Below, one piece after another: positions 39,892 through 52,400 of a stretch of DNA of 64,000 nucleotides; position 1 is the first letter of the stretch; every line of letters starts with the position of its first letter. The translations under genes and the position numbers were made by a program. The stretch spans positions 104,345 to 168,344 of the forward strand of contig CBFFRP010000091.1 in NCBI GenBank assembly GCA_965644295.1, in the 5' to 3' direction. Under the pieces are notes generated by a model. That model did not search any database. It was not told where the DNA came from and saw only the letters and a program-made list of their open reading frames with translations. Source of the DNA: Paraphysomonas bandaiensis. Its lineage: Eukaryota; Protista; Chrysophyceae.

Positions 39892-40082
39892 GAACGGAAG
39901 TGGTTGCACCTTGGTGCTTGCGGCGACGCACAAGCAGCTTTCGTAGCGTTAAATAGTAGGATAAAAGAGTTTGTATTGATTAGTTACGGGTAGTGGTCTA
40001 ACTAGTATGACTAGCATTCTTCTAGCCACTAATTGATGCAAGGTCTCAACGCCTATTGCTAAATAATCAGACATTCACTACT
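39892..40082 (+). mobile_element. Family-1 3' portion, copy F
   Basis: cggaagtggttgcaccttggtgcttgcggcgacgcacaagcagctttcgtagcgttaaatagtaggat ... cagacattcactact. Confidence 0.9.
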
Positions 40083-40429
40083 GAGTTAGTGTTGGTTATC
40101 ACAACTTCATGTAAACGATATTAATAAATCTATCTAGTCTTACGACAAATTCTCTCTGTGATCTAGCTTAAAATGAGCAATTTCCAACACCGTTTAACTA
40201 AGAGCGACTTAAAGTAACTGAAACTTGCTGTTGCCATCATTTAATGTCTACTTACTGCGTCTACCTATTGGATTGCCTGTCACAACGTATAAATTCCCAA
40301 AGTATTCTTATCATCATACGATTACTAAATGCTAATTATTCACTATTTATATACCCATACTCCAATTACAAATTCCGTATATTTCACGTTAAAATTAAAT
40401 ACAAATTCGTCAAGGAAACAACGTTCAAC

Positions 40430-41060
40430 CTACTCATTAATAGGCATTAGAAATGATGTGTGCGCTTTATATACCGAAGAAAGCTTCACTGAAGGAGACA
40501 AGGTTGAAAATCCTGACGTCCTGTAAGCATCATCGAGTGAATGCAGTCGACTGTAGACTCTCGAAATATCGAACAGGAGATAATACACAACCGGCAATCT
40601 AACTAATGCATCTTCTGCTGCACGGGCATGTGGTTTCAAGCATACGAGCAACACTTCGCTTCACACTGTGCTTACTTTAAGATAAACTGCACTTGCATTG
40701 GAGTGCTACAGCCGCCGCTGATGTGCTATTAGAAGTGGCAGGAATAGCAGCCCATTATGATCTCCTCTCTGTGCGTGTGTGTGTCTGTCTGTGACTGTGT
40801 GTGTGTCTATAGTATATCAGCTTTAACACCACACTTGACTGGTGATTCAAGCCAGGAGACATTAACAAGAGCCTGCAGAGACATTTACACGAGTGACTGC
40901 AATCAGTAGTAGCTGATAGACTCTGGCCGGCTATGTGCTACCAGCGTATCATCCATAGCATAGCTGGGTAGTGGAGTGCCTATCAGTATCAGTGACGAGG
41001 AGATCATCAGCTAATTCGCATACGCATCCAGCGGTCACTTCATTCAAAGTGAAGTGAAGT
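40430..41060 (-). ncRNA. Putative spliced non-coding snoRNA host transcript divergent from uL23m (ends approximate)
   Basis: Intron-like segments gtatgc...ctgcag (41023-40873) and gtaagc...gtgcag (40675-40618). No credible ORF. Occupies the position of the divergent partner found for every other gene. Confidence 0.5.
40899..41018 (-). ncRNA. Candidate intronic box C/D snoRNA
   Basis: Box C TGATGA (41009-41004), D' CTGA (40992-40989) and D CTGA (40906-40903). The guide ATCAGCTACTA next to box D pairs with LSU rRNA UAGUAGCUGGU (one G-U pair). Confidence 0.55.
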
Positions 41061-41336
41061 GAAGAAACACACTTCCAACAAGTGAAAATACACTACTGTA
41101 TACCTGGAATACAGACACGGCATACCACGACTGGTCAGTGTTTTTTCGTATGTATTTTTTTGTGAGGGTCCTGTGGATGACACCAGCATTAATACTGTGG
41201 GAGGTGAGGCGAGGTGAGGGGAGTGTGCTGGGCTAGAGCACATACACTAAGACTCAGACATTGTTATCTCCAGATATCAGCTTGTCGCCTACCATTAAAT
41301 TTGTTGATAGTATTTCTCACTCCGTTATTCTAAAAC

Positions 41337-41733
41337 ATGGTGAAGGTGTGGTTTCCGGACATGTATATGAGGCTGGTTGGAAGTAAGTGCCATTCATTAA
41401 TAATTTTATATGTAAATAATCGTAACACTGCAGAGAATTTATCCAGACCAGTCGGTAAGGCAGTGTTCTACGTCAAACCCAGCATGACCAAATGGGAAGT
41501 TCGTGAATATTTAACGAAAATCTATAACATGGATATATTGAAAGTTGAGACGGCACTGCATTTAGGTGCTGTTGTGACTGCTTGGGTTGTGTCATGTATA
41601 TTAACACGTCTCTTTTATAGGCCGATGGAAGAGATTTTATGGTAAGCGAGATGTTGTTGCATACAAACGAAGAAATTTCAAGAAGGCATACGTTGATTTC
41701 GTGAACTCTGTTCCCAAGGATTCGACAGCATGA
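41337..41733 (+). CDS. MRPL23: Mitochondrial ribosomal protein uL23m, 3 exons
   Basis: VWFPDMYMRLV, AVFYVKPSMTKWEVREYLTKIYNMDILKVET and GRWKR...FKKAYV. Stop at 41731-41733. Confidence 0.9.
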
Positions 41734-42404
41734 TTAAGTTAGTGTGGAAAGTTTGTATCGTTTTAGATTATTAACACTGACTATCATCTCAGGAATAAAG
41801 TGTAGACAAAAATGCACATATTAGTGAATAATGAAAGTACTAAGTGTTGTGACGATGTGAATTTGTGACTGTATACAGGATGCGCATTGGAGGTGTAGAA
41901 GATAGAAGTCACTAGCTTTCATTTACTCTTTTTCTTAACCGCGAGCAACGGTTTATATACTCCTACGTACGAAGCAGAGTATTCACTCATGTGCAACTGA
42001 AAAGGGTAGAACTCTTTATAGTAGCCTACTTTACACATTACGGCTCTTGCACCTAGCTACGAAAAACGAAATTATACAAATATACTATATATTATAATAA
42101 TATTAAGTGCTAGTTACGTTATATGTGTATTTCGTAGTGGTAGACTTGTAGCAAATGTTGTGTCCATTAAGTAAGTATCAAGTATTTGTAGCACTGCTTC
42201 TTTGCAACCAAGGTTGTTCGTGCCCAGCTCCACACTGTTTGAGTTTATACTACTCAACTACTCAATTTCTGTTCGTAGAAATCAGTACCAGAGCGTTATG
42301 TATTAGGGCAACATATTAATATGAAACTTCTGAATAAAGTGTGACGAGAATTCGTAAAACGAAACTCATGACGCAGCCACAAACGTTCTAATCAACCTTT
42401 ATAT

Positions 42405-43175
42405 CAGGGATCGGGAACAATATATTGCAATACTATTGTTAGAGAGCGTTCCATCAATAGTATTGATGGATTTTTTAAACCGGTCCTACAATACAATTAC
42501 AATATATTGCAATATATTGTCAATGTATTGCTATATATTAGTATGACTAATCAGTAGGTATACACATCCGTAGATTTCATTTTTAGTATTAGTCATTAAG
42601 ATCACATGACAACCAAACCAACTGCTGCTTATAGCTACTAAAAATCCACCTCGTCCTCATCCTCTGAGCCATCATCGGTGACGTCAACATCACCATATTC
42701 ATTCACAGAATTAATTGAAAAGTGCTAGTATCCGGTCATAACTGTCGAATAGCTTTATGAAACAACAGTATATTAAGTAGGATGGATACTTTTGGCAACA
42801 CTGATATAATATGTTTAGCTGTGCTGAACAGACGTTCCCATGTATTGGAAGTACATAGCAGGGCCAGGCAACCGTTAATGACTCGTGGATCTGCACGTTT
42901 CTTAATTTTTTGAGCTGACTGAAGATTTTTAGTCGCATAGTCAACATCAGCTTCATTATCCTTTGTAATGTTGTAATCAATTTCTCGGTTATTTATATCC
43001 ATTTTGCACCCTACAGTTGAGAATCTTCTCTTATATGACTATCATAATATTGATTGCAATATATTGCAATAGTATTGTGAGCTCTTTTAACAGAAACAGT
43101 ATTGATGGAATATTTGACCAGTCCACCAATCAATATATTTTACAATATATTACAATATATTGTTCCCTATCCCTG
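42405..43175 (-). mobile_element. Non-autonomous hAT element with perfect TSD
   Basis: TIRs cagggatcgggaacaatatattg / caatatattgttccctatccctg. 8-bp TSD ctttatat on both sides. Remnant CTSNTWERLFSTAKHII. Confidence 0.95.
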
Positions 43176-43378
43176 CTTTATATTCGCATTTTAATCTCTT
43201 TCTATCTGATTACAGTGCGCACTAACCCACAATCAACAACACCACGTTGACAGTAAAAGGACAAGAAATGATATACTCCACGTCCGTGTGATAAAAAAGA
43301 ATACAAAATATATATCTAATTAATACAAATTGTACAAATAATAAGTAATAAAGAAAACTTTAAATATAAAATTCGAAA

Positions 43379-44632
43379 CTACCACGTTAGTTGTTCAAGC
43401 TCTGCATTGCTAATCGACTTATCTCTTGGGGGTCTATACAAAATATCCAAATCGAGCAACACATCATCTAGCATCATACTGGCCTCAATTATAAGTCCTG
43501 CTGCGTCCTTATCAATGTTGTTTCCCATTAGGCTAAGACCCTTTAAGATAGTATTCTGCAAAATCCCCTTCGCAAGATAGCGAGCGCCCGTGCTATCGAT
43601 GCTGTTCAGCTGAAGTCTAGCCACAAGTACACCATCAGTTCATAGGAAAATATAGCAAACTGAAATACCCAATATATGCCACACTGCGATTCTTCTCGAA
43701 GGCTTGAGCTAACCATCTCGCGCCATCATTTCCAATTTGGTTTGAGTGCATACTGATATGAGCGATCTTTTTATTTCGGGCCAGCAAGTTCCCAATGACC
43801 TTTGTACCTTCATCACCTATCATGTTATCGTCCAGCACAAGAGCAGCAAGAGAATTGTCGTTCTGGAGGGCGTTGCATAGCACACTTGCACATTCCACAT
43901 CAACGCCACTGTTACTGAGACTAACACAAAAATATCAACATTGACATATATTAAGCATTGGTAGCGTATTTACTCGAGAAGCTTTAGTTCACTACGTTTA
44001 TTGTCGCTGATAGCGTTGGCGATATGAGATATCCCGGGCGCACCAAGGGCATTCCCTGCAATGCTGATACAATTCGATTACCAAGAAACAAATAAACAAG
44101 ACAATATTACTTCAAATTTGTCAGTGATCTATTTACTTTTAGTCCTTTTGAGAGCTCAAGAGCTCCATCTGAAGATATTTTACACTTCCTTAAACTGTCA
44201 CCATGGTGACAAAAGACCAACCAGAGGTAATCATATGCGATCGTACCTGAGAGAACGAAGAGATGACTGGCCTGTAAGTAGCTCGCCTATAACAGTACAC
44301 CCTGGTATTGCAAGAAAGTTTTGATCCAAGTTTAACGTTTTCAGTACCCTGCTCGATGCAAGAGCGCTACCTAGAGCAGATATACCATCTGAATCATAAT
44401 TCCCTTCTCCCCTTGAATTTACACCACAGATATGATTTCCAGATAAATCAATCTCAACCAGAGGAGATTGTCCCCCCCCAGGTCGACCGGCTCCAAATTG
44501 TTGAATGCATTTCGAAACCGTTACAAGATCTTGTGGTCCGACGAAACCGTTCGATAAGTCCAAACAGTCAATAGTGTCTTGTTCTCCGCGCAATTTTCGG
44601 CATAATACAGGAGTAACGGTGCTCTGGTACAT
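43379..44632 (-). CDS. RNI-like leucine-rich repeat protein, multi-exon
   Basis: Repeated L..L.L..N.IG..G...LA..L motifs. ATG at 44632. GT-AG introns. Confidence 0.88.
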
Positions 44633-44991
44633 CGTCCTCGCTATTATACTCCAATTTAACAGCGTCAACGAATCTTTAAAGCATGTGGAAGTCCCTCCCA
44701 TACATACTCACATCATACATACTCATACATATGCAATGCAGAAAGAGGTATACAGCAGTATACCGGTATATACGTCCATCTATACTCTGCATATTCGTGT
44801 ATATGTACATTGCTGTACGTGTGTGTGCGGTGGTTGTTATGGTCAACTATAACTCTCTTCTTCAGGAGACAGTCACCTATACACACTATCGCACTATACT
44901 CTACTATACTATACACACCCTCGACTCTCTTCAACAAATGCGATTGTAGACATAGCTTGAAGGGTTGCTGATTGTGCTGGTTGTATTCACC

Positions 44992-47907
44992 ATGTTCGGG
45001 CGATATATTCCTGACACTGAGGTGGAGTGGATTCACTCGGACCAGGTGAGTGGATCACTGATCATACGCACGCCTTATCTATCGAATGTAGGCAACTATA
45101 GTCGCATCTGTGTTTGCCAGTGTATCAATACTCATCAGCATTGCTCACATCATGCAGCACTTGACTCACTACACGATGCCTGGGATCCAGATATATGTCA
45201 TTCGTATTCTCTTTATTTGTCCTGTATATGCTATTTGTTCTGCATTAGCGCTAGGTCTAGGTGGTGCTGGTGCTTATTCTGAGATTGGTAGAGATGTTTA
45301 TGAGGCATTTGTGATATACTCATTCCTTAACTTAATATTGGAATACTGCGGTGGGGAAACAGATTGCATCTATCAAATTGAAAATGAACCGCAGTTGCGG
45401 ATGCCTTGTCCCCTGTGTTTCATGAAACCAATGCCAAGGGATGCCAGGTGACAGCTTTGTTATTTGTCATCCCGTGTTAACAGTCTGAAATCATTTCAAG
45501 ATTGATGCGACTTTGCCACCGAGGCGTGCTGCAGTTCATCATTGTGAAGCCCTTGGTGGCTATTATGGACGTGATTATGATCGCCACGGGCAACTACTAC
45601 AAGCTTCCCTACCAGATATTTGAGTTTATTGTGTACAACATCAGGCGAGTATTTTTATTGTACCAAATTTTCCTGACATATGGTGATTACAGCTATGCGT
45701 GGGCGCTTTACTGTATGTTTGTCTTCTACCTGGCCACAAAACAACTCATCCGGAAATTTAGACCAGTGATGAAGTTCGCGACTGTTAAGGGTAAACTAAA
45801 TGTATGCAGTTAAGTGGTAACGTATGCCTTATTTGATGTATACAGCAATCGTATTTGCGACATATTATCAGAGTCTAGCGGTGAAGGCAAGTTCAATGTC
45901 TCCCGAGGACTCATACATGTGGAACGATCTCATTCTCTGCGTTGAGATGGTACTCTTTTCTCTTTTGCTTATGTGTGCCTTTCCAACTTCAGGTTCGATA
46001 TACTTCATATATATGCGGTTTGGTTGTAATGGTGTGGAACAGAGTTCCAAGGAGGCATTCCTGACAGCAAATTTATCGATAATGTCAAGAGTGTCCTGTC
46101 AGTTCGCGATGTGATGCAGGTATGACTGATTATATATCCTCTCCCCACATTTTACGCTTTCTTCGCAATGGGTTGTAGGACGTGTACCACAACTTCATGC
46201 CTGTTTATCAAGATTATGCCCTTCAGCGGTCAGAAAAAGAGATGCCCGAGGTCGTGCGTGTGAAGACCTACCTAGCAGGTTGCTTGTTGGGGGATGTATG
46301 TGCTTTGTTTTGAGAAGGAATTATTTGCAGGGAATTTAGATAGTGTGGCGATTGAAATGAGTCACCGTTATAGGGGAAGAAACAAGTAAGAGAACCTAAT
46401 ATAAGAGGTGATGATTAAATGCTCATATTTCACAGGAGATTTGCATTTAACTCCTTGCTACGTGGAGATAACCCTATCCAAGCCCGACCGAGAAGCAGCA
46501 GTGCTCACTACCGCCAGGCTTCGGTAGCCTCTGATTGCAGCGATGGGTCTGACCTAGGTAGTAGCGAGCACTCTGATACGTCATTGAACAGCGCCCCTGT
46601 AGAGCTAGAAAGCAGGTTGGATGTGGAGAGTGGTGAATGGAATAACGGTGGTCTCTGTTTTGGCAAATCCGATGAATTGCTGAATACACAGACCCATCGA
46701 TTTATGGTGCCCCCTCTATCACCTCCACAGAAGGACGAAATGACTATGAGTCGTGTGCAAAGAGATGTGCTGCATCGCAAACGGGCTACAATGGCAACGC
46801 AAGGTAAGCGACCATATGGTCTTTTGATGTGTTCTCACGTATATGATTGGGAACATCTAGGTGTGGTTGTGTCTGCACCTGGAGTGAAATCTCGTCAATC
46901 GTACTTCCACTCATCAGGTAATTGGGTTTAATATTTTCCTTCTGTTTTCACTCGCAGCAGACGAATATATACAGAACAGAGTTGATCAGGGTTCAGAAGC
47001 AGATGTTGTGAACCCTCTAGTCTCACTAGCAATTAACCCATCAGCTGCAAATCTTCCAAGGCTACCACGGCGAATGCTCAAGGATGATTCTATGATAGCT
47101 ACTGTGTAAGTGGAGTAATATGTGCAACTTTATGATTGGTGTTTGCTAAGATATATGCATCTGTGTTGTGATAGTTATGTGCTCAGGGAGAACATGTCAC
47201 AAAGTGCAGATTGCTGCATCGTACGACCTTCACGTCTTGCAAAAGTAGAGGCGTCTGTGCCTCGCCCTGTACGCGCAATTCCTCCGCCACGTCGATCTTC
47301 TCCTCTTGAAACAACCACGCCCTGTAACTCACCGGACATTGCCGTTAATGGGGAGGAGTATTCTGGGTTTGTGTTCGATGATAATGCAGTTCACCCATCG
47401 ATCTTCATGAATGATCAGGAGGATAACTGGGACGATGAAGAGGAACTCTGGGGAGAATTTGTTGGGCGGATGAGCTATTGCGAATCGGAAACGCGCAGTA
47501 GAGGTAGCAGTGCAGGTCAAACGTTAGACATCAATGAGAGGGTAGAACATGATAGATATTTATTGGAGGAGAAAAAACGTCTCACTACCTGTGATATCGA
47601 TGCATCAGAGGTAAATAATGGGACGGGTTGTGATCTCAGTACAGTCGGTTCTACTGAGGGTGTATGCGTAAATATGTCTGATGATGTGTGTAGAGGAAGT
47701 CAACGAAGTTCTTGTGCCACTTTTAGTGATAGGCCAGTTAATAGTGAAATAGTGAGAGGGGAAGAGCGAGAAAGGGAAACCCTAGAGAATAGTGCTAGCC
47801 ATGTCAATTTTGAGGAGAGTCAGCAATTTCCGTCTGAAGATAATGGATGCAGTGATTGCAGCCATCACAGAGAGGGGCTGTATATTAATCATGTATTAGA
47901 AATATGA
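44992..47907 (+). CDS. TMEM184/OSTalpha-family transporter with long disordered C-terminus, multi-exon
   Basis: QHLTHY..P..Q.YVIRILF..PVYA, RDVYEAFVIYSFL, GVLQF..VKP, KFATVK.IVFATYYQ and ILCVEM motifs. Confidence 0.92.
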
Positions 47908-48269
47908 GTGGTTGTAGTAATAAAAACCTGTGTGTTATACGTCGTTGAATATTGTTAGAAAGTTTATAAGCAGTTTATGACATCTGCTTCCGCCGAAGAT
48001 GCGAAAAGTATAGTATTCCAGGATAGTCCTAGACATCCTACCTATTAAAACATTCACATAATATAAAACATAACTCTCACTAACTTGATGAACAGATATA
48101 AGATATAGTGATTTTGTAGTGCAACACACCTCGAATTTCGATATTAAAAAATATTTATTATTTATTATCAATACTCGATATATCCAGCACTACTATATAT
48201 GTTATATACATGCCACGTATCATTAAATTAAGCGTTCTACATGCCTTGACTTTGGATCATCTGAAACAG

Positions 48270-49046
48270 CTATAAATCAATTACAACTGGGCAGTTACTG
48301 GGATTATATTTTCCGTCCATAATGCAGGCATTGATTGAAACACATGACAGCTTGTGGTTAAATAACTTTTGTCCAGGAAAATGGATACCATGGTATCCGT
48401 GGGCATGACCCCATATATGCAGAGCAGGACGCATGGTGTCTTGCAACTGAAAGCAAGGTCCATGTGTAACGAGAATATCCACATCAGTGCTGCAAAGAGC
48501 TTCATTCCTTGTAGCCTCATAAAACTCACCAGATTGAAATGCATCATTCCTAGACCGTCCATGAGATAACGGTGATCCCCATATCTTTAGATCTCCAACA
48601 TTTGTAGAAGAGTTTTCCAGGTAAGTCGCGTTGGTTAACACCTCCTGAACACCTTTGGTTCCAAGGGCTTGCATAACACCGTCATGATTTCCTGACACTA
48701 CTATTCTTCTTCTGCATCTGACAGACCCTAACCATTCATTGAATTCTTTAAGGTTCTTAACCCCTCGTGAGTGTGATACCCTCTGGCTGCTCATGAAGAC
48801 ATCTCCAGCGTGTATGAATATGTCACCCTCAGGAAGGTCTCCAATAACATCGTGACGCTGATGCGTGTCACTAATAACAATAATTCGTGTTTTCGATTCA
48901 CTCTTTCGAGGGAGTTCATCACGACGGCGTATTCTAGGCTGCTCCCCGCCTCTGATATCAGCGTAGAGACATTCATCCAACTTAGCATCATTTCCCAGTC
49001 GATAGGAGTAATAAATATCCATCACTAAATCATTAATAAACGACAT
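48270..49046 (-). CDS. Metallophosphoesterase (MPPED1/2-like), single exon
   Basis: ISDTH, HAGD, SGNHD, VTHGP and WGHAH motifs. Confidence 0.92.
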   Translation of the reverse strand: MSFINDLVMDIYYSYRLGNDAKLDECLYADIRGGEQPRIRRRDELPRKSESKTRIIVISDTHQRHDVIGDLPEGDIFIHAGDVFMSSQRVSHSRGVKNLKEFNEWLGSVRCRRRIVVSGNHDGVMQALGTKGVQEVLTNATYLENSSTNVGDLKIWGSPLSHGRSRNDAFQSGEFYEATRNEALCSTDVDILVTHGPCFQLQDTMRPALHIWGHAHGYHGIHFPGQKLFNHKLSCVSINACIMDGKYNPSNCPVVIDL

Positions 49047-49494
49047 CACTGTTGTTAGAATTCCCCGCTATCTATCTATGACTCTAGCGCATAGAGTTTG
49101 ACGAGTGAGTCCTGAGGACTGCAGACTGCAGTGTGTCTGACTGCCTGCATAGCCCGCACATTCTTCGAGATTTTTTAGAGATGTTGAGATATTTCCTCAA
49201 AACAAACGTACTGTTTAACGGCCACATGTAGCCGGTTTCTTTCCGTCTAATGAAGTATGAAACGCAAAGGGTCTTTTTCCCTATTCTTGTGTCTGAAGGG
49301 CCACATACAGTACAGCATGATCCATATGGAGCCCAGATGACTGTATGCGTACTGTGCATACTGCGGCTGCTGTGTGTGACCGACCCTCTCACACATAAAT
49401 ATGTACGTTAACATTATCATATTCACAGCTCAAGTACATTATCATGGGCTGAATGATGAGTCCCGATCATAAATGATATTCTCAGCCGTACAGT

Positions 49495-52400
49495 ATGATC
49501 TCGCTCACCATAAGAGACAGCAAGGACACACGAGTGGAAGAGTCTCAGTTGAACGACGACATCTCATGCATCAGTGAGGGGTTCTCTATATCTGATGGGT
49601 CATCTAAACCCTCCAGCCCGATTAAACTAAAGCAGTATTTTGGTGCTGATGCGAGGAATGAGTTCGGGCGGCGTATACGATGGCTGTCCAATCAGAGGAA
49701 AGTACTGTATCGCCGCAAAGAAGATATGCTGGATAGAACTAGATTTGAGTATAACTACGACAGTGAGGGGGTGAGGGATCAGGAGTGTTTGAGTGATGAT
49801 GATTGTGCGTCAGTGGACTCCTTTGATGTACAGACAGTGCAGACTGATGTCCAAACGGGATCCTTGGCATCCCCTAGAACAAAGTTCATATCATCCTGCT
49901 TGAAGCGTGGACTTAACCCGCGCATGTCTCTAATAGTGCGACGGAGGGTGTCTCCTGAGCTTAACTTGCAGCACCAAGGTATGGGAGATGAGCTTGGTAT
50001 TCTTTTTGCAGAGTCACTGCGAGATCTCCCATGCGTGAACTCGATTAACCTTGCGGACAACAATCTGAGCGATATCTCTGTTGGACCGCTGCTGAACGCC
50101 ATAATAGCCCTTCCGCATGTTACTCACTTGAATTTGTCAAACAACCGCCTTGATCGAAAGTCCACCGCTGCTCTAGCGCGGTACTTGAAGACACCTTCCT
50201 GTCCCCTGCGCCGCCTGGTGCTCCAGAAGAGCGACATAGATGACGACGAGTGCCATATGTTTGTGGATGCACTAACTGGAAACATGGTATTGGAAGAGCT
50301 TGATCTAGGCAGCAACAAGATAGGGCAGGTAGAAATGCTCAACGTACTACAGCCGGACATTATTACGGGGGGAGAAGCGATTGCAAGTCTACTTGCGGCT
50401 AATACCTGTGGTCTGCAAACTCTCCACCTCGGTTGGAACATGATACGATTGGATGGGGGTATCGCTCTTGCTGATTGCCTTTCTACAAACGACCGTATAC
50501 TGCATTTGGACCTCTCATACAATACCCTTGGGCAAGATGGGGGTGAACACCTTGGTAATGCTTTGCTTAGCAATGACACAATTAAAACTTTGCTACTGGC
50601 TAACAACGGCATTAACTTCACGGCCTGTTTTGCCATTTGTGTGGCAATAGAGGAAAATTTATCACTGAGACAAGTGCAGATGGACGGCAACCCCATAGGT
50701 GAAGGCGGTGGTCGAATTCTCATGCAAGTCCCGTTCAGTGTGGGTAAGTATCTGTGACAGTGCATATGTTCATAGTAAATTGAGATTGTTTTGCAGGGTG
50801 TCGGGTGAAGGTCTCAGCTTCGCGATGCAATCTCATGATCAAAGATTCTGGGAGCAAGTTCGACCCAAGTTCCTCGCCTGTAGGGTTCTATGAACTGGCT
50901 TTGAACCGTCCTTATGAGCGAGCTGTTTGTATCAAACTCCTACGACTGATTGCTGACAGTTCATGTTACATGGTGGGTGCTTGTGCCTATGATCCCCGGC
51001 CAGCTGACACATCTGGGCGACCAAAGGCGACCCCTGCGAGAGGAATAGCTACTGATTCTTCTGCGTCTGTAGACCCCGCAGTGGCCATCCCTTCCACAGC
51101 ACACCGCATGCGCCTGGTTCGGGTGATGTCGAAAGAGAAGGAATCTCGCCTCGATGAGTACGAGAGAATAACGCTGCATCGACTTCATGATGTTTTAAAT
51201 GCGGCCACAGACGTGAAGCTTGCACAGGAGATGTTTCGAACTTATGACGTAGATGGGTCTGGATGTCTCGATAGAATAGAGGTCAGGGATCTACTATCCA
51301 AGGTTGGCTTGAGACTCGAGGAGGATGCGTTTCTGCAAGCGATGGATCTCTGCGATGTGGACAGCTCAGGTGAGCTGGATGAGGACGAGTTCCTGGACTT
51401 TCTGCGGATGCAGAAAGAAGAGGCATCCTACAGGATAAAGAGTCTAACAGAGTTCCCTGTCATGGCACTTGCGGAGAACACCTCGCACAAGTATATTCCC
51501 CCAGAGACCGGAATGATATACATTCAGGTGTGCGAGGACTATTCAAGCCAGAACAACGCGAGGACAGTGACTGCAATAGAGCACTCCAATATAATGGAGC
51601 TTGTCCGAAAGGGCGTGGAGAGCGTGTCCACAGTGTTGGAGTTTTGTATTCAAAACTCCTTCTTGCGTCAGCAAGAGGCTCGACATATTTTTAACGCTAT
51701 GTATTCTGAGACCCGAGACCCAGCAACCATTATGATGAAGTTACTTCCGCGCATGTCGGACCCCAATGAAGCCAGAGCTTTCATGATGCACACTATAAAT
51801 TTTGACAAAGCCTCACTGCGTCAGTTGGTGAAGCTTATGGGAAACGCACTGCGCCCTATACTGGGCCGGTACGACGGATATTATGACCTCGACCTTTCTA
51901 TGGAGATGGATAGGATATGTCTCGGCAAACTTCTCAAACAGAATGAACAACATCGACGTACGTGCATGTCGAAGTGTGTTTTCGAACAAGGTCGAACTGG
52001 TGACCTCAGCCAGTATGGGGATTGGTCTGCTTTTCGCAACGCTGTTATAGACGGCGAGTCTGTGCATATATCTACAGAACTATTTAATCCAATTCCCAAG
52101 CGTGGACATGTGTGTTTTGACTTCAGTGGTACTGAAAAGGCTCCTCGCAATGCCATTGTCGTCAAAGATTCGCGGTGTGTAAATGTACTGCTGAACTTAT
52201 CACTGGTATTGCCACAACACAGGAGCAGGATGTTTGAGGAGCTAGAGACCATGGAGGACATAGCCAAATGTGATTTCAAATTTGATGGAACTTTCGTGCC
52301 CATCAACGATACGATTCGGGCCGAACAGATCCAGCTGTGTATGTGTAAGTTTTATGACCGACTACCTCTGAGATCGAAGGAAAACGCAATTGCCCGAGCG

